Source of the DNA: an uncultured Actinomycetota bacterium | GTDB lineage: Bacteria > Actinomycetota > Actinomycetes > Propionibacteriales > Nocardioidaceae | Assembly: GCA_963815295.1 (NCBI GenBank) | Contig: CAWFFZ010000008.1 | Location: 143,063-167,062 of the forward strand | Reading direction: 5' to 3' | DNA: 24,000 bases | In this document: positions 23,668 through 24,000 of the stretch, piece after piece | How the letters are laid out: each line of letters opens with the position of its first letter | How positions within the stretch are numbered: the stretch's first letter is position 1 | Program-made: the position numbers and the translations under genes | The notes under the pieces: model-generated | Database searches by the model: none | What the model was told of the DNA's origin: nothing | What the model saw: only the letters and a program-made list of their open reading frames with translations

Positions 23668-24000
23668 TCAGTCGTCTCCGACCAGCCACTCGCCGAACGC
23701 GAACGGCTCCCGGGTGAAGAGATAGGTCGCCCAGTGCAGCTTGACCACGTCACCGCGCTCGTCCCTGGTGATGCGCAAGAGCTCACCGGTCTCGCGACCC
23801 GACTCGGTGCGGTAAACGTCGTCGTCGATCTTGACGAACACCGAGGACGGCTTGTGCGCCGGGGCCGCCTCACCCCGTGCCTCCAGCCGGCCCTGCCGCA
23901 CGCTGAACGCGAAGGCCTGCCCTTCGGAGAACCAGCGCCCCAGCACGCCCTCGAGCTCTGTAGGTACGTCGGTGCCGGGGCGCCACGGCTCCGGATCTGC
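23668..24000 (-). CDS. C-terminal part of an unidentified protein (5'-truncated by window edge), possibly the beta-rich C-terminal domain of a serine-hydrolase-like protein
   Basis: The minus-strand frame stays open to base 24000 (ADPEPWRPGTDVPTELEGVLGRWFSEGQAF...), so the GTG at 23946 is probably internal. Alternating beta-strand pattern (FAFSVRQGRLEA, VFVKIDDDVYRTE, LLRITRDERGDVVKLHW) loosely resembles the C-terminal extension of the 13091-14380 hydrolase. Confidence 0.5.
   Translation of the reverse strand, partial: ADPEPWRPGTDVPTELEGVLGRWFSEGQAFAFSVRQGRLEARGEAAPAHKPSSVFVKIDDDVYRTESGRETGELLRITRDERGDVVKLHWATYLFTREPFAFGEWLVGDD

Noticed and set aside
1-24000. CRISPR arrays, IS elements or transposases, rRNA genes, prophage genes, toxin-antitoxin pairs.
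   Set aside because: I saw no regularly spaced direct repeats, no terminal inverted repeats flanking a transposase-like ORF, and no rRNA-like conserved stretches. The only tandem repeat is the 15-bp in-frame repeat at 6573-6617.

Overview
High-GC, Actinomycetota-like chromosomal DNA (GC judged by eye; strong GC3 bias in real genes and many antisense shadow ORFs). It is densely coded. Left to right: (1) the 3' part of a type II NADH dehydrogenase. (2) A tRNA-like gene with anticodon UAA but a class I (short variable loop) architecture. (3) A tightly coupled plus-strand operon hypF-hypC-hypD-hypE, followed by a muconolactone-isomerase-like small protein, an XRE regulator and a DUF6390-like protein. 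No hypA/hypB, endopeptidase or hydrogenase structural genes are present in the window. (4) An IdeR/DtxR-type iron box in front of an iron-siderophore uptake and utilisation operon: lipoprotein SBP, two FecCD permeases, ATPase, siderophore-interacting reductase and a serine hydrolase. (5) A Bax-inhibitor-1/YccA membrane protein. (6) Minus-strand DUF4287 and SGNH hydrolase genes, divergent from cystathionine beta-synthase. (7) A minus-strand gluABCD-type glutamate ABC transporter. (8) A divergent intergenic region with three copies of a 14-bp palindrome. (9) An LLM-class oxidoreductase, a small secreted two-cysteine protein, and a 5'-truncated minus-strand gene at the right edge. No CRISPR array, IS element, integrase or rRNA was seen. 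The most interesting signals are around the hyp locus. These are the odd tRNA(UAA), the only in-frame TTA codon I found in confident genes (in the hypF tail, 48 nt before the coupled hypC start), the non-canonical operon partners, and a HypC-like segment inside the DUF6390-like protein.
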